Source: Okamejei kenojei (Eukaryota). Taken from it: 64,000 bases of DNA. Below the pieces are notes generated by a model, which was not told the DNA's origin, did not search any database, and saw nothing but the letters and a program-made list of their open reading frames with translations. Of this stretch, positions 11,750 through 23,420 are shown one piece after another. The stretch spans positions 43,400,001 through 43,464,000 of the forward strand of contig CM069149.1 in NCBI GenBank assembly GCA_035221665.1. The letters are read 5' to 3'. Every line of letters starts with the position of its first letter. The stretch's first letter is position 1. A program made the position numbers and the translations under genes.

Positions 11750-12932
11750 AATGCAAGTGGCTGCAGAGAGAGATGGACTCAGCCCAGTCCACCATTACAT
11801 TTTTTTAAATTATAAAAATACTTTTATTCAAAAATAAATAAATAAATACACAAATTAGCATAATCAAAGACTGCCTATGTTGACAGTTTTACAAAAAAAC
11901 GATCAAATTAATATAACGCCAACTTTATCAACAAAACACTCAACCTCCCGTGCGACCAATGTTCACGGAAGGCCTCCAAAGTCCCCGTGGACACTGCATG
12001 TTCCCTCTCCAAGGACACACGGGCACGGATGTAGGCCCGGAAAAGGGGCAGGTGGTCAACCCTGGTGCGGACGCCGACTACCCGCTGCCTGGATCCATGA
12101 ATGGCCATCTTGGCCGGGCACAGGAGCAGACGGGAGATCCCCCCCCCCCCCCCCTCCCTCCCGACCTACTCTCCTCTGTACCGGGTGCCCAAATATCTGG
12201 AGTGTGGGGCTGACATGTAGCCAAAACTTGAGGAGCAGCCCCTTCAGATAGTCGAACAGGGGCTGCAACCTCTCACACTCCATGTATAAATGGAACACGG
12301 TCTCTTCCTCGCCGCAGAAATGACAGGCAGTTGGCGAGTCCGTGAACCGGCTCAAGTACCTGTTACAGGCCACAGCCATGTGCAACACTTTTCATCCCAG
12401 GTCCCCGATGTAAAGGGGGAGGACTCCCTTATAGAGAGACAAATCTATCATGGGCACACCCCTTCCCTTGCTTGAAAACAGCTACATGAGAAAGTGGCAT
12501 CTGTCATCAAGGATCCCCACCATCCATGTCATGCTGTTTTCTTGGTGCTACCGTCAGGCATCAAATACAGAAGCCTGAAGTTGCATACATCAGGTTCAGG
12601 AACAACATCTTTCCTAAAACTATCAGATTCTTGAAACAATCCACACAATCCTAATCCTACCTCTGCAAGAAACTACTGCAGATGACCTCTTGCATTATCA
12701 TGGACTCGTTTTTTTAAATCATGTTTTCTAATCTTGTTTTTCTGATAATCCCCTGTTTTTTTGCACTTTCAAAATTGTGTACTGTCTTGCAGAATTTTTA
12801 TGTGTAATGTACTGTATAAGTTATGTATAATTTAAGCTTTTATGTGTTTGTTTGAATCTATATGATGCTGTACTTTTCACTGTACTTGTACCTCACTCTC
12901 CTGGTGCATATGACAATAAAACTTAACTTGAC
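11750..12932 (+). mobile_element. Rex1/Babar LINE 3' fragment, split by a Tx1 insertion
   Basis: LQR..DSAQS (11760-11792) continues at about 12445 into KVASVIKDPHHPCHAVFLVLPSGIKYRSLK...RFRNNIFPKTIRFL; tail tgacaataaaacttaacttg. Confidence 0.75.
11798..12440 (-). mobile_element. L1/Tx1-clade LINE 3' fragment with zf-RVT zinc knuckle
   Basis: CHFCGEEETVFHLYMEC and LPLFRAYIRARVSLEREHAVSTGTLEAFREHW; AATAAA and A-rich tail on the minus strand at about 11800-11830. Confidence 0.8.
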
Positions 12933-13739
12933 TTATCAGTCGCTATCCTGCCAATGTCAGGTACTGGTCAATGCATCTGTTACTCAGCTGCCAACACATT
13001 GATCAAGATTTATTTTTAACTTCACACCTTCATGTAGTTTGCGTATGGAGTGCACTCACCTCCTCACCTGGCATGAGTGTCAGCCACATCACACAAGTAC
13101 CTTCAAGACCCTCACTAATAAAGCTCCCTCTGGCTTGCAGAACAAGGGGCATACAACTCGAAAGGGCAGCACGGGCAGCCAACCAGCAGAGCAGATGTAT
13201 CTCGACCCATGGTGGAGAAAATGCTCATTAACACCAGAGTGCCAACTACTAAATCTCATGTAAATGCCAGCAACAGCAATTATACTATCTTCATATCTAG
13301 TCCTCCGTTTTATATCCCATTTCTCCTTTATCCCATAACAAAGCACTAGTTCTTCAAGGAAAGAAATTAGTCATTCCGGCACAACCTTGGACATTTGATC
13401 TACATGGACGTGTTGGGCCAAAGGATCTGTTTCCATGCTGCATGGCTGTATGACTCAATGACTCTCTTTGCGACTCCAGACTAACATTCCAGCACATTAC
13501 AGTGAACCCTCATTATAATGGAGGACCACGGATGGAGCGGGGGGGGAGATGGGGTCTGTTATTGCTGATAGTCCATTGTAATCAAGTAAGGTATTATCAT
13601 TGAATGTAGTTGAAACAAAGAACTGCAGATGATGGTTAATCAACAACAGGACGCAAAGTACTGGAGTAACTCAGTGGGTCAGGCAGCACCACTGGAGAAC
13701 AGTCTGCTGAGTTACTCTAGCACTTTGTGTGATTTCACC

Positions 13740-14010
13740 TTAAAACTAGGCACCAATGCCGCTGGTCTGCACCAACAAGCTCTTCTTCACCCACCGCACG
13801 GTCCAGTTCACATGGAGGTTGTTGCAGCTCACGTTGTAGCCCCTGGCCAGCAGCGTTTTCTTCAGGCCGCTGCCAATGACAGGACATGCTCAGTCAGCCT
13901 GGGGCTCCCTCCCCTCTCATCAGCTGCCATTTCTTCCTGTAGGCCGTCGCTTTGTCTGCTCCCTCCTCTACCGCCGCCTCCTCCTCCTTCTCCCCCGCAG
14001 ACGCCGGCAT
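13740..14010 (-). pseudogene. Linker histone H1-like fragment (copy A)
   Basis: MPASAGEKEEEAAVEEGADKATAYRKK..., PRLTEHVLSLAA/LKKTLLARGYNVSCNNLHVNWTVRWVKKSLLVQTSGIGA, compared with the H1 globular domain [40 protein letters not shown]. Confidence 0.8.
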
Positions 14011-14089
14011 CTTCCAAGGTGGAGTATGGTGGCTACTCTGGGGGAGAAGGAGGAGGATGTGGAGGTGTGGGGGTGGGGGAAGAGTACGC

Positions 14090-14370
14090 GTGGACAGAAC
14101 TATAGGAGGAGGAGCAGGTAGTGGTGTAAAAGGGAGCAGACAAAGCAACAGCCAACAGAAAGAAGCAGCAGCTGGTGAAAGGGCAGGGATCCCCACAGTG
14201 ACCAAGCATGTCCTATCAGTGGTGGCGGCCTGAAGAAATAGCTGTCCCCTGGGGGTACAACGTGAACCGCAACAACGGCTGCGTCAACTGTACCGTGCGA
14301 TTGGGGAAGAAGGGGGTAATGTTGGAAGCCGGGGCTGTAAGCTTCCAGGGAGCTGGTGCGAACCGGAGGA
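14090..14370 (+). pseudogene. Linker histone H1-like fragment (copy B, inverted)
   Basis: EEEQVVV*KGADKATANRKKQQ..., PTVTKHVLSVVAA/LKK*LSPG.YNVNRNNGCVNCTVRLGKKG...ELVRTGG; same GCGGCC|TGAAG deletion junction as copy A. Confidence 0.75.
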
Positions 14371-15224
14371 GGTGTCCGCTATAACTGAAATCTGTTATAA
14401 AGGGTCCGTTAAAACTATGGTTTACTGTATTTTGTTTCCATCTAACTATTCTCTGAAAAAGTTGAAGGGCAATTAGAAATTACTGATAAATGACGGGTTT
14501 GCGAGTGATGGCCACATCTAGTGAATACATAAAATGTGACTTTTAGCAAAGGTGGAAAAAAAAGTTATTGTGGTCGCCAGCTTGCACATATTCACTGACA
14601 AGATGCTACTAAAGACTCTGATGGGAACAACAGAAAACTGATGAATTTGCAATGATAAAATGCTATTGAATTGCCACGGCTGCCTGAAAGTCTGTGTGCA
14701 ATGCCAAGTAAAACGGAGAAATCCTCACTAAACTTTACACTGGGTTTTGAGCAGAAGCTGGAGTCCATTCTTCCTGGAATGAAGGTAATCCAGAAACTAC
14801 ATGGGCACAGTTGCAGAGGTAAACATTACACACCATTTGAGCACTGGAGTTTCAATTTCCATTGCAACACACCTCTGGATACTACAGGTTAATCTTGGAT
14901 CTCTGCTATCATTACAATGGACATATATTAAAAATGTTATGCTTTTGCTTGCTTGGGAAAAGAGGTATTTGACAATCATGAACTCAAACCAAGCATGGGA
15001 ATCTGCGGCAGGAAAAGTGAAAAACATCCGCTCCGATGCCAAGATCATCAGCACCGAGGCTCTAATTGCACTGAATCAGCACTGAAGGGGAGGCCTCATT
15101 TTTTTGCATGGCCAACACCAGACTCTAAAAACATTCAATTTCAGGCTTCACGCAGCAAGATAATATCAGGTGGATAATGATGAGCATAATTCATAAACAT
15201 ATGCAAGAGCCCTCTTGAGAAAAC

Positions 15225-16260
15225 AATGTGAGTGTAGCTCTAAGAAAATGCAAGTCTGGGAATTAACAATTGATAACAAGAAGATAGCAGATAAATTAAA
15301 CAGTTACTTTGCATCAGTGTTCACTGTAGAGGACACAAGTAATATACCAGCAATAGCTATATATCAGAAATTGGAAGAGTGGAAAAGCATCACCAGAGCA
15401 GATAATGAACAAAGCAATGCCAAAAGAATATACAAACGAGTAAGTCAATGTGCTCCTTGAACTTGTTCTGCCATTAGATCATTGCTGGACCAACTCTGGC
15501 TTCAACGTTAATTTCCTGTTCGCATAACCATCAACTACTTTGTAGTTTACTTAACTCTCAACTACCATCTAGAATAAATTCAATGACTGTCTCTGCAACT
15601 CTGTGGTAGAGAACTTTGAAAAATCATAGGTAGACACAAAATGCTGGAGTAACTCAGTGGGTCAGACAGCGTCTCTGGAGAGAAGGAATGAGTAACATTT
15701 CGGGTCGAGACCTTCAGACTTTTGAAAAATCATGACCTTCTGAGAAAAGAAATACTTCTTCATTTCTGTCTTAATTGGGCAATACCTTAAATTATTCTGA
15801 AATTATCTTCTCAGAGTCAATCCCTCTCAGAAGTTCATACAATCACTTCACTTACTGTACTTTTAAATTCCATTGAGTATAGACCCTACCTGCTCTTTGT
15901 TCAACCCTTAAACTCCAGGAATCAAATTATTGATTTTTTTTCTGCACTGCCACCGATCTTAGTTAAATTAAAGAGACCACAACTGAACAGTGTATTGCAA
16001 GTACAGTCTCCCTACTTCCCTGTAAGGTTGCATTAACATTTCCCTTCTTTGATGCATTGCAATAAATGTCAATGTTCCATTAGCCTTCCTATTTGCTTAT
16101 TTGCATTCAAGTTTTCGTGTAATTTGCATAATAATTTGCTTTCCATTTTTCCTTCCGCATAGCATTCTTTAATGTTTCTGACCATATTCCACCTACCAAC
16201 TTCTTGTCCACCTACCAACTTCTTGTCCACTTACTAAAACTACCTAGCTCAGTTTGCTTG
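15225..16260. mobile_element. Degraded CR1 fragments (sense piece 15225-15370; antisense piece about 15450-16260)
   Basis: ELTIDNKKIADKLNSYFASVFTVEDTSNIP (CR1 ORF2 linker), then antisense 3' CR1 words. Confidence 0.6.
15628..15720 (-). mobile_element. Penelope-tail short element with 13-bp TSD
   Basis: TSD tttgaaaaatcat at 15615-15627 and 15721-15733; degenerate hammerhead motif (tttcgggtcgagaccttcagac). Confidence 0.75.
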
Positions 16261-16669
16261 TTTTGTGTTCACCTTACAACCTACAACTTAGCAAGTTGGC
16301 AAATGTCTCCAGGCTAAAAGGTGCCATGAATGTGCCCAAAGGAACATATTCTCTGTGGACAATGACATAGTGTATATTTTTATCAAAAAGAAAACAAATG
16401 GAAACATTATTTGCCAAAGTGTATCAAATCATACTCATCAAAAGATCCCAGATTCAAATTTGAAGGTTCACTTAGTTAACTGATCTAAACTAAAGAACTA
16501 GCTAAAATTCTGCAACTAAACTCTGCACATCCGCAGAGGGAAAGTCAAAATATTAATCCTAAAAATAACACATGCTAAAAATAACACAAATAAAAGGATA
16601 GAAGAAAGCAGAACCAAACCCAAAAATGATATTCTTTGTTCTCTCACTATGAGTAGATATAGCTTTAGG

Positions 16670-16905
16670 GGAGAGAGTTAAATATAGCACTTTGGGCTAA
16701 CGGAATCAAGGGATATGGGGAGAAAGCAGAAATGGGGTACTGATTTTGGATGATCAGCCATGATCACATTGAATGGCGGTGCTGGCTCGAAAGGCTGAAT
16801 AGCCTCCTCCTGCACCTATTTTCTATGTTTCTATGAATGGCAGTGCTGGCTTGAAGGGCCAAATGACCTACTCCTGCACCTATTTTCTATGCTTCTATGT
16901 TTCTA
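16670..16905 (+). mobile_element. CR1 3' fragment with tandemly doubled 3' terminus
   Basis: The unit tgaatggc(g/a)gtgctggct...cctgcacctattttctatg occurs twice in tandem (about 16770-16834 and 16834-16905). Confidence 0.8.
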
Positions 16906-18829
16906 TCCCAATATTTAATAATTTCCATCAAATTCCCGTGTCTTGAGAGTCAAAAATGAGATATTGACAGTTAGAATTGAGTAAATACTTATAAAATTGT
17001 CAAATATAGTTTAATGTTGACTGCATGAGCAAATAAAGTAGGTTACAAATTAGTATAATGGCATACTTGGGGCAAGTTTCCACTCCGTACCATCAAAGTA
17101 TAAAAATAAGACTTACAATTTTATTTTTCTTACTCTGCCTAATAAAAGAGGTGAATAATCTCAAAGATTGTGAACAAAGGGGAATGTGTTTGATGTTGAG
17201 AAGTTGTTCATCAAAAATTGAAATAGTTACGTGTAGAGCTTCGCAAAGATTTACTTAAAATGTATGTAAAATGTGTCTGCTTAAAGTGAAAGTTTTTTTT
17301 GTGCGAGGTATATTTTAATGATGATTTATATGATGTTCTCCATTTCAAAAGAATTCGTATTTAATGATGCCTTTATCACAAAACTTGTAAATAGTCGCAT
17401 CTGCAGACACTGTCACATGGAAGGTTCTTGCAATTTCTGTAACAGCTTGTTGGAGTCATTGAAGACAGTATTTGACCAACAGAGCGTAATTTTGCAGCTG
17501 TTTCATTCCAAATGCTGGCACCAATCCAATATAGGAAGCTTTGTCCAAAGAACAAGGGATCTCCACTTTTATTTAAAATCAGGGTAAAGTGCAAAGCTCT
17601 AATAAAAACGATTACTTGCATCCCTGACTGAATCCCAATCATGTTCCAAGTGACTGTCTGTCCATCGCATTCAAGGTGCACACAATTCAGCCCAAATATC
17701 CATTCAATTATTATACCGGCATTTTTCAAATACACAACTCAAAGCTAAAGAGCTGAAGATGACAGTGTAGATTATATTATTACATCATGGACTGGTCCAA
17801 GGGGAAAGCTGATCTTGCAAATTTCACTAATGTACCTTTTCTTCACAATGGCAGAAGGGACTAGCAAGACATACCCACTACTCCTTGTATGCATGTCAAT
17901 GATTACCAAATTCACTGAAGGATAAAGGAAGTTAGTTTACTTAGCCTTAGCCATATGAGAATGCAAGTGGGGCATAAGTTTTTCGCACAACATTGTATAT
18001 CAAACTGAGGGGCAAAATGTTTCATTCCATCCCCCCAATAAAAATGTCATTCTAAGAGATGAATGAAAATTATTTTTCAAATAGTATGCATGAGTATGTG
18101 AATAGTTTGGGATGGACAATGAGTGTAACATCCTTACTTCAGGAATTAATAAATGAAAACAAATTTGTTTCTACATCATAAGTAACATTCAATGAAGGCA
18201 GCAAGAAACGCACGGACCACAGATTATTCAAAGTCTCAAGAATAGGTGACATTAATTACATAATACTAAAGGAAGCAAGTGAGAGGATTTTATAAGATAC
18301 TGACAGGCAAATTGAGAAAGTTATTGAATATAGAAAATCTTACTAAAATTGAAACAAAACAGTAAGGTAATAAAAAAAACTGGCAAGAGGTAAAAATGTA
18401 ATTTGACATGACAACCAGAAAGATAATGGAATTGAATGTTAATAGAGGTCCAAGAGTTAGTCTTAGGTTCATTATCATTTTAATTTTATGAATGGTCAGC
18501 ATTTTATACGAATAATAACAACATGAAATCTACAGGTGTACAATATTTCACAGTGTTGTAAAAATCAGAAAATGCTGGAGAAACACCGAATAGATTTGGG
18601 TTACCTCATGAAAAAAACGTCAATGTTTCAGATTGAAGACCCTTCATCTTTGACCTGGAATTAAAAGCCAATTTCACTTTCTGCGGGTAGTGTGTGACAT
18701 GCTGAGTGTTTTCAGCATTTTCTGGTTTTATGTCAGATTTCCAGCGTCTACACTATTTTGATTTTCATTCGTAGTGTACTCAATTATAGCAAAAAAAAAG
18801 ATTACAGACTTTGTGATGGCTGAGAAAAT

Positions 18830-19870
18830 GGTGAAGTAGATGGAATTACCGAAATGGAGTCCAATATGTGGAAGGGCGAGAAAGTAAACTTCTAGACTAA
18901 TCTGATTTTCTATAAATTACACAATTAAAAAAATATGAATGAGAAGAGAGATCATATTATCCATAAATGCTAAAAAAGTAGCAGGGTAAGTTGAAAAGAT
19001 GGTTTTAAAAGCATGCCATTTACTTGGCATTACATCAGGTCAATAGAATATGAAGCAAAGTGATAAAGCTGAAAGCATTTCAATTTATGACTGAGTTCAA
19101 CGTAATACTTGAGGGGGAAAACGGGAAGCACCAAATAAAATTCTGGATTTGGTTAAGATCAACTTTAACTAGATAAGAAAGGAAAGGGAAAAAACAGAGA
19201 ATTGTGGACCAGTTAGTCTAACATCTGTTGCCAGGAAATTACCTGTTTGTGTTTAAAGATAGAGTGTCAGGACATTGGAAATGTTTTAACTGGTCTGAGG
19301 TAGTTAGCATGAGTTCTTAAAATAAGTCATGCTTGACAAACCTGATTGAATTTGTTGAAGAGCCTAAAGTGGACAGACAGCAAATGCTATTTATATGGGC
19401 TTACAGAAAGCATTTGATGAAGTCCCTCGGGGGAGATTGTTGGCTAGAGCTGAAACTCGTGGAATTGAAGGTAAATTATTGATTGGCTTATGAAACTGGT
19501 AGAGAGTCAGGAAAAAGCAGTAGAAAAAAAAAGATCAAGAACGCTAATTGGCAAGAATTTGCAGGTAATGCCCCAAGAGTATTCACGGCATTTATAAAGG
19601 ACTTAGATGATGGGATAAAAGACCTCATATCTAAGACGGCTAATTACACAAAAATAAGCAACAGTGTAAGCAGTGAAGATGAAAACTTTAAATAAAAGAG
19701 AATATTAATGGATACTGCACTAATTGGATGGTCAGCGAAGTGGCAAATGGCATTTGTTCTGGAAAAAGTGGTTTAGCCGAGGCCAAACATGGTAAGGAAA
19801 TTTCCAATAAATGTTTGGATACTAGAAAGCTAAGAGGAATAATAGGATCTTGATGTGCATGTCCACAGAT
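18830..19870 (+). mobile_element. Highly degraded CR1 RT fragments
   Basis: ccagttagtctaac (PVSLT), tcatgcttgacaaacctgattgaattt (SCLTNLIEF), cagaaagcatttgat (QKAFD), IKDLDDGI. Confidence 0.7.
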
Positions 19871-20519
19871 CCACAAAACAATGCTTCACTTATTTTCTGT
19901 CAGTCTAAATGTTCACTACTGTCACTTAATTTACATTAATAGTAATTGAACTATTTTCTGTTTAAATCTATTCTGAACAAGACTACAAACATGTTTGGTG
20001 TACAGTGTCAGTCAATTGTATTAAAGCACTCCTGATAATACAACATTAAAAAACTTGCAAACTATCAGAAATAGCAGAACATGCGTATTATAAAGATAAC
20101 TTAAGACATTAGAACATTTTTTACCCTCATGTATATTTTGTGAAATTATAATTTTAGCCATATCTGAACCCACCTGCACTATTATCCACTTCATCTGAGA
20201 GTTTAATGGTGTAGTGCAAACCCAATGTTCAGCCTAATCAGGTTCCTACCTCACGGTTTAGTTTAACATGACTTCCTTTATATTTTCCAATCAGATCATA
20301 TTCCAACAAAAGTGGCAACATTTGAAGTTGGAGTTCCTGTGAATTACTGATAACTGTCAAGTCAATTTTGGTAACCAGGCCCTTGTTTGGCTCCGAGTGC
20401 CAGCATGAGATAATATGTCCCCATGCAAACCACCTCCTCAATGATGCAGCTTGCAGCTCTAAAGATCTGAGATTAAGTTAGACACAGAAGCTTCCAAATA
20501 CTTTGATCCCCGATCTTCA

Positions 20520-20680
20520 GGAGTTAGATAGAGCTCTGGGAGTTAGCGGAATCAGGGATATGGGGAGAAGGCAGGCATGGGTTACTGATTGTGGGTGATA
20601 AGCCATGATCACAGTGAATGTCGGTGCAGGCTCGAAGGGTCAAATGGCCTCCTCCTGCACCTATTTCCTATGTTTCTATT
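20520..20680 (+). mobile_element. Short CR1 3' fragment
   Basis: gagttagatagagctct...ggatatggggagaaggcagg...cctcctgcacctatttcctatgtttct. Confidence 0.85.
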
Positions 20681-21257
20681 ACATTTTACTTTCCCAAAGT
20701 GCCACACCTTTATCCTCTCCAAATGAAAACTGACAGACATAAATTGTTATTTTAGAAATTGCTGCTAGAAGACAAGGGAGTACAATAACACAAGTAGAAT
20801 TTGGCCTTTTGAGAGGAACATCTGAGAGGAACATCTGAGAGGAACATTTCAATCATATCTGATCTTTTCAATCAGATATTCAGTTATTCATATCATTACA
20901 CTAAAGGTTTAATTTAAATGAAATTTGTGCCTTGAATATGGCCTGCGGAGAATCTTTGCATAAGTTTGGCCCTTTGCCATTCACTGAGACCATGGCTTAT
21001 CTGAGGTCTCAGGCCTGTACGAAAGGCAGCTCAGACCCTAAAGTTCTACAATGGTACAAATTATCTGTGTCAATTATTAGCTCATGGAAATTCTCATCTA
21101 TCATGCAGATCAAGTGGTTAATGAGAGAAACATTCTTATAAAGTCCAAAAATAAACGTTAACAATATCTGCAGATCAATATTTAAACAGAACAGAAATTC
21201 ATATTTAATCATTTACACAAAATGCATGCAAATGTGTTAACCATCTGTTATTCTCAC

Positions 21258-21361
21258 CTCCACACCTAGTTTGCCAGTAGCAACTGAATATAAATTCCTG
21301 CCCCAAGTTCTGCAGGTCAGTCTCCTAGTTCATCACATAGCAAAATCATCACAAAAAGATC
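21258..21361 (-). ncRNA. Candidate non-coding exon
   Basis: Acceptor ttactggattttctcag and donor GAG|gtgaga; stops in all three frames. Confidence 0.35.
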
Positions 21362-23207
21362 CTGAGAAAATCCAGTAAAATATCTGAGAAGTCCATACTT
21401 GAGCCGTTTGTAGGAATATTATACTTATTTTAAATGCAACAATATGCCAGAAGAACTCCAAATGTCGCTTTGGGTTGGTGGGTGGGGACAGGATCTGTCT
21501 GTCATTCCTTGTCAAACACAGATCACATGTTTGTTTCCAAACTTTTGCCAGCTTCACTGCTGGCCAAAATGATGTGATACAAGCAGTCCAAAAAAATGTT
21601 TTAACCTGCAAATGAAGTAACACCACTTCCTTATTGTACAATGCATAATTTGAACTGTAATAGGTATTTGCCTGCCCTCTGTAAATGTTGTCATAATATA
21701 AGCAAATCATTAGCATTGAGGCCTTGCTTTTTTATAGCATTGCCATCTGCTGGAAGCCACATTTCACTACAAATTCTTTTCAATATAACATTCATAAATA
21801 AATCACTTCCCGCTCAGAGCATGAAACTAAATCTGATTTCTCATCTTCTGAATCGAGTTACATGCCTTTTCACTTCCAGGTCAGTCATTTCAACAAGCAC
21901 AGAGAAGGCGTGGCCAGCAATCACAGATTTTGCTGCATTGAAATCAATCGTGATTTTAAAACCATTTTAAAATCCAAACAATTGTGCAGTTACATTACAA
22001 ATTAAATTTATAAACATTATAAAGTCTCACCGTCAATAAGCAGGAAATAATATGATCGTATATTAAACATTCTAAAATGCAACTAAAGAAACAAATTCAC
22101 TGTACATAAAATAAGAACACGTCAATTTTGAACCAGGTAAATGTATTAAAAAAGATAAATGCTAAACCGTAACCACCCAGAGTCTATTTAAATAATCTGT
22201 TAATCGTTTAATTCTTTACTGTCTAGTCCACAACATTTCCCTCAAAAAAATGATTTAGTTAGACTTTTTTCCTGCCTGTGCCAGTATCAGTACAGATTTT
22301 TTCTTCCTTAATTACCAAAAGGAATACTTTCCATCTCTATCAGTTTCATTATAATATTCTAGAAACCTGGTGCATTGGGGAAATTGCATATTTTAATTTG
22401 TTTTTGCACTTCAGCATTTCCCTCTTTCTTTTTATTTTTCCTTCAAAATTAAAAAAAACTGCCATCTCTTATGCTCTTCCAGGCTGCTCCCATCCATCCC
22501 TAATCAACTTTAAAAAGGGTATCATGCCAAAAGGTTATCTGTCCATTTCCCTCCACAGATGCTGCTCGACCTGCTGGATTGCTTCAACAGATTGTGTTTG
22601 TTCAAGCTTACATCATCTGCAGTATCTTGTTTCTTAATTACTTTCTTCACTGGGAAAGTATCCACATTGTCAGCATAGCATTGAGAAGGAAATACAACTA
22701 ATCACAATTTCCATGATGTTGAACTCAGTTCTGTCACTTCACAGTTCCCAGCTACATGTTCATGTTTTTCATGCTTTTAATGTTCATTTTCATGCATTTA
22801 ATCTTTCTTTATATTTCTACAAACTGCCACATTGTTTCTTCTCTCTTTGCTAATTTTCATCACTTCTTTTCATATTTCCCGTGTCCCTATTTCCCTACTT
22901 CTTCAATACTCAAACTGATTTCTCCCAAAACTACTGGGAAGTAGTAAGGAAGGGAGAAGGGACAAGAGACACAGCTCCAAACATTGATCTTTACTCAGAG
23001 TCTTGTGTAAGAGTGCTTATCAAAAGCTTTCTCAATGCCCATGCAAATATACAAATGTCTTTATTTATCAAGTTCTTTCAAATTAAAAAAAAAAATCATT
23101 ACACATTTGTCAGACACACTTTACTTCTTACAAATCCATGCATTTTCTTCTCATGAGTATCTGCCTACCAAAATGTTCAGTCATTCTATAATAACTTGGA
23201 ATCTAAA

Positions 23208-23420
23208 ACACTTTTTCACACAGAGAGTTGTGAGTCTGTGGAATTCTCTGCCTCGGAGGCTGGCTAGAAAAGGCTCTTAAAGATAGCGGAGTCAGGGGAT
23301 ATGGGGAGAAGGCAGGAACAGGGTACTGATTGGGGATGATTAGCCATGATCACATTGAATGGCGGTGCTGGCTCGAAGGACCAAATGGCCTACTCCTGCA
23401 CCTATTGTCTATTGTCTATC
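23208..23420 (+). mobile_element. CR1 3' fragment
   Basis: FFTQRVVSLWNSLP, then the CR1 3'UTR and an (attgtct)n tail. Confidence 0.85.

Larger units (their letters stand above)
13500..14427. mobile_element. Tc1/mariner-superfamily (Tigger/pogo-like) non-autonomous element with cargo
   Basis: TA|CAGTGAACCCTCATTATAATGGA ... TCCGTTAAAACTATGGTTTACTG|TA (17/23 TIR match); subterminal TCCGTTATAAC-like repeats; contains a Penelope-tail fold-back (13612-13731) and H1 fragments. Confidence 0.75.

Noticed and set aside
13629-14233. Overlapping Pro/Gly/Arg-rich ORFs of 81-158 aa
   Set aside because: By-products of the GC-rich inverted H1 fragments, not independent genes.
21315-21355. C/D-box-like GTGATGA...CTGA on the minus strand
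   Set aside because: Too short for a snoRNA; no terminal stem or recognisable guide.
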